Shown: piece by piece, positions 63,601-64,000 of the stretch | Layout of the letters: every line of letters begins with the position of its first letter | How positions within the stretch are numbered: the stretch's first letter is position 1 | NCBI GenBank assembly: GCA_035084275.1 | Contig: CM068757.1 | Coordinates: 9,486,001 to 9,550,000, forward strand | DNA: 64,000 nt | Source of the DNA: Hydrolagus colliei | Taxonomy: Eukaryota | Direction: 5' to 3' | Made by a program: the position numbers and the translations under genes | The notes under the pieces: generated by a model | The model's database searches: none | What the model saw: only the letters and a program-made list of their open reading frames with translations | Told to the model about the DNA's origin: nothing

Positions 63601-64000
63601 ATTGCGAAGCTAATCAAGACGTTACCCTGCATGAAAGTTGCTATGTTAAATGGAAGTTGCTATTGTTGAAAGAGTGTGTAACTCTGTCTGAAACCTTGCT
63701 GCAGATTTACATTGTAAACTGTGTGTGAGGCTGTGTGGTGTGTCCTGTAACTGGATTTAATCTTTACATGATATTTGTGTTTGTGTTATAGCTCCTCCCA
63801 TAATTACTGAATGGCCGGCAACCCCTGATATGACACATGGTGACACCTCCACTCTGAGTTGGGCAGTGACACGGTTCAATCCACGTCCCATTGTAATTGT
63901 TGTATTACTGAAGAGAAAAGGGGAGTCGAGATCAAATAAGCTGTTTTATTGGCAGACAGAGAAAGAACAACCAGCAGGAAATAACATTCCTGTTATCCGT
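51692..64000 (+). CDS. NCR3LG1: B7-H6 (NCR3LG1)-like gene 2: SP-IgV-IgC1-TM-(atypical IgC1-like)x>=3; runs off the window end
   Basis: Exons 51692-51764 (signal peptide; an upstream in-frame ATG at 51665), 56537-56872 (IgV, GDASLHLP..DEGYYTC), 59557-59994 (C1 + TM + KK), 60429-60851, 62500-62907, 63792->64000. All phase 1, AG/GT-bounded, open. The symbol denotes family likeness. Confidence 0.82.
52320..54190 (-). mobile_element. 5'-truncated CR1 LINE (RT) in intron 1 of gene 2
   Basis: GNYRPVILTS, GFTKGKSCLTNL, SGVPPGSVLGPQLF and KFADDTKLGG across ORFs 53540-53848, 53233-53580 and 52513-53130. Confidence 0.9.
54440..55610 (-). mobile_element. Degraded L2 LINE 3' part
   Basis: [22 protein letters not shown] and L2 tail; similar to the 29570-31410 copy. 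Confidence 0.85.
55770..56240 (-). mobile_element. Older L2 3' fragment
   Basis: [17 protein letters not shown]-type sequence on the minus strand. Confidence 0.7.
57079..57365 (+). mobile_element. tRNA-headed SINE, same family
   Basis: ggagtcctgtagctcagtgg head and aaggatta tail. Confidence 0.8.
58380..58960 (+). mobile_element. Degraded CR1 3' fragments
   Basis: CR1 C-terminal-like sequence (tgtggaactctctgcc, atgggccaaatggcc); boundaries approximate. Confidence 0.55.
60429..60851 (+). CDS. Gene 2 post-TM atypical Ig C1-like domain 1 (no canonical Cys)
   Basis: APPKI...RSWEVTGFKPKEIEIMILL...ITMQVHHKALKQPLKKSVTLYVE; 423 nt. Confidence 0.85.
62186..62480 (+). mobile_element. tRNA-headed SINE ending about 20 nt upstream of the 62500 exon
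   Basis: ggagtcctgtagctcagtggttagagc head and aaggattattatt tail. Confidence 0.85.
62500..62907 (+). CDS. Gene 2 post-TM atypical Ig C1-like domain 2
   Basis: VPPTM...LTWEVNGFNPRAIVIAVLV...FTVEVKHQALDNPLTKAITLCVA; 408 nt. Confidence 0.85.
63792..64000 (+). CDS. Gene 2 post-TM atypical Ig C1-like domain 3 (partial, too short for the ORF track)
   Basis: TTATAG acceptor, then APPIITEWPATPDMTHGDTSTLSWAVTRFNPRPIVIVVLLKRKGESRSNKLFYWQTEKEQP..., open to the window end. Confidence 0.85.

Overview
Vertebrate genomic DNA, most likely from a cartilaginous fish; the L2/CR1 LINEs, tRNA-headed SINEs and Deu-domain SINEs suggest a chimaera-like genome (inference). Four spliced genes were reconstructed by reading splice sites. 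(1) The 3' eleven coding exons of nucleobindin, best matching NUCB2 (+, 3936-15945). (2) A convergent 7-exon, 312-aa IPNS/plant-type 2-oxoglutarate-Fe(II) dioxygenase (-, 25841-34131), with a second, diverged but intact copy of its first two coding exons upstream (38688-39263). (3,4) Two tandem B7-H6/NCR3LG1-like genes (+, 39670-47789 and 51692->64000). The main finding is that both B7-H6-like genes continue after the transmembrane segment with in-frame, phase-1 exons encoding Ig C1-set-like domains, which would therefore be cytoplasmic. In gene 2 at least three tandem post-TM domains have lost the canonical Cys/Trp core (B-strand Cys->Trp, F-strand Cys->Met/Val); in gene 1 two post-TM domains keep it. 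Other notable features: a GAS + IRF-E promoter in front of gene 2, a head-to-head promoter for gene 1 and the upstream dioxygenase cassette, a partial exon duplication in NUCB2, a hAT-type element carrying a G-rich minisatellite, and a young L2 LINE with an open RT frame.
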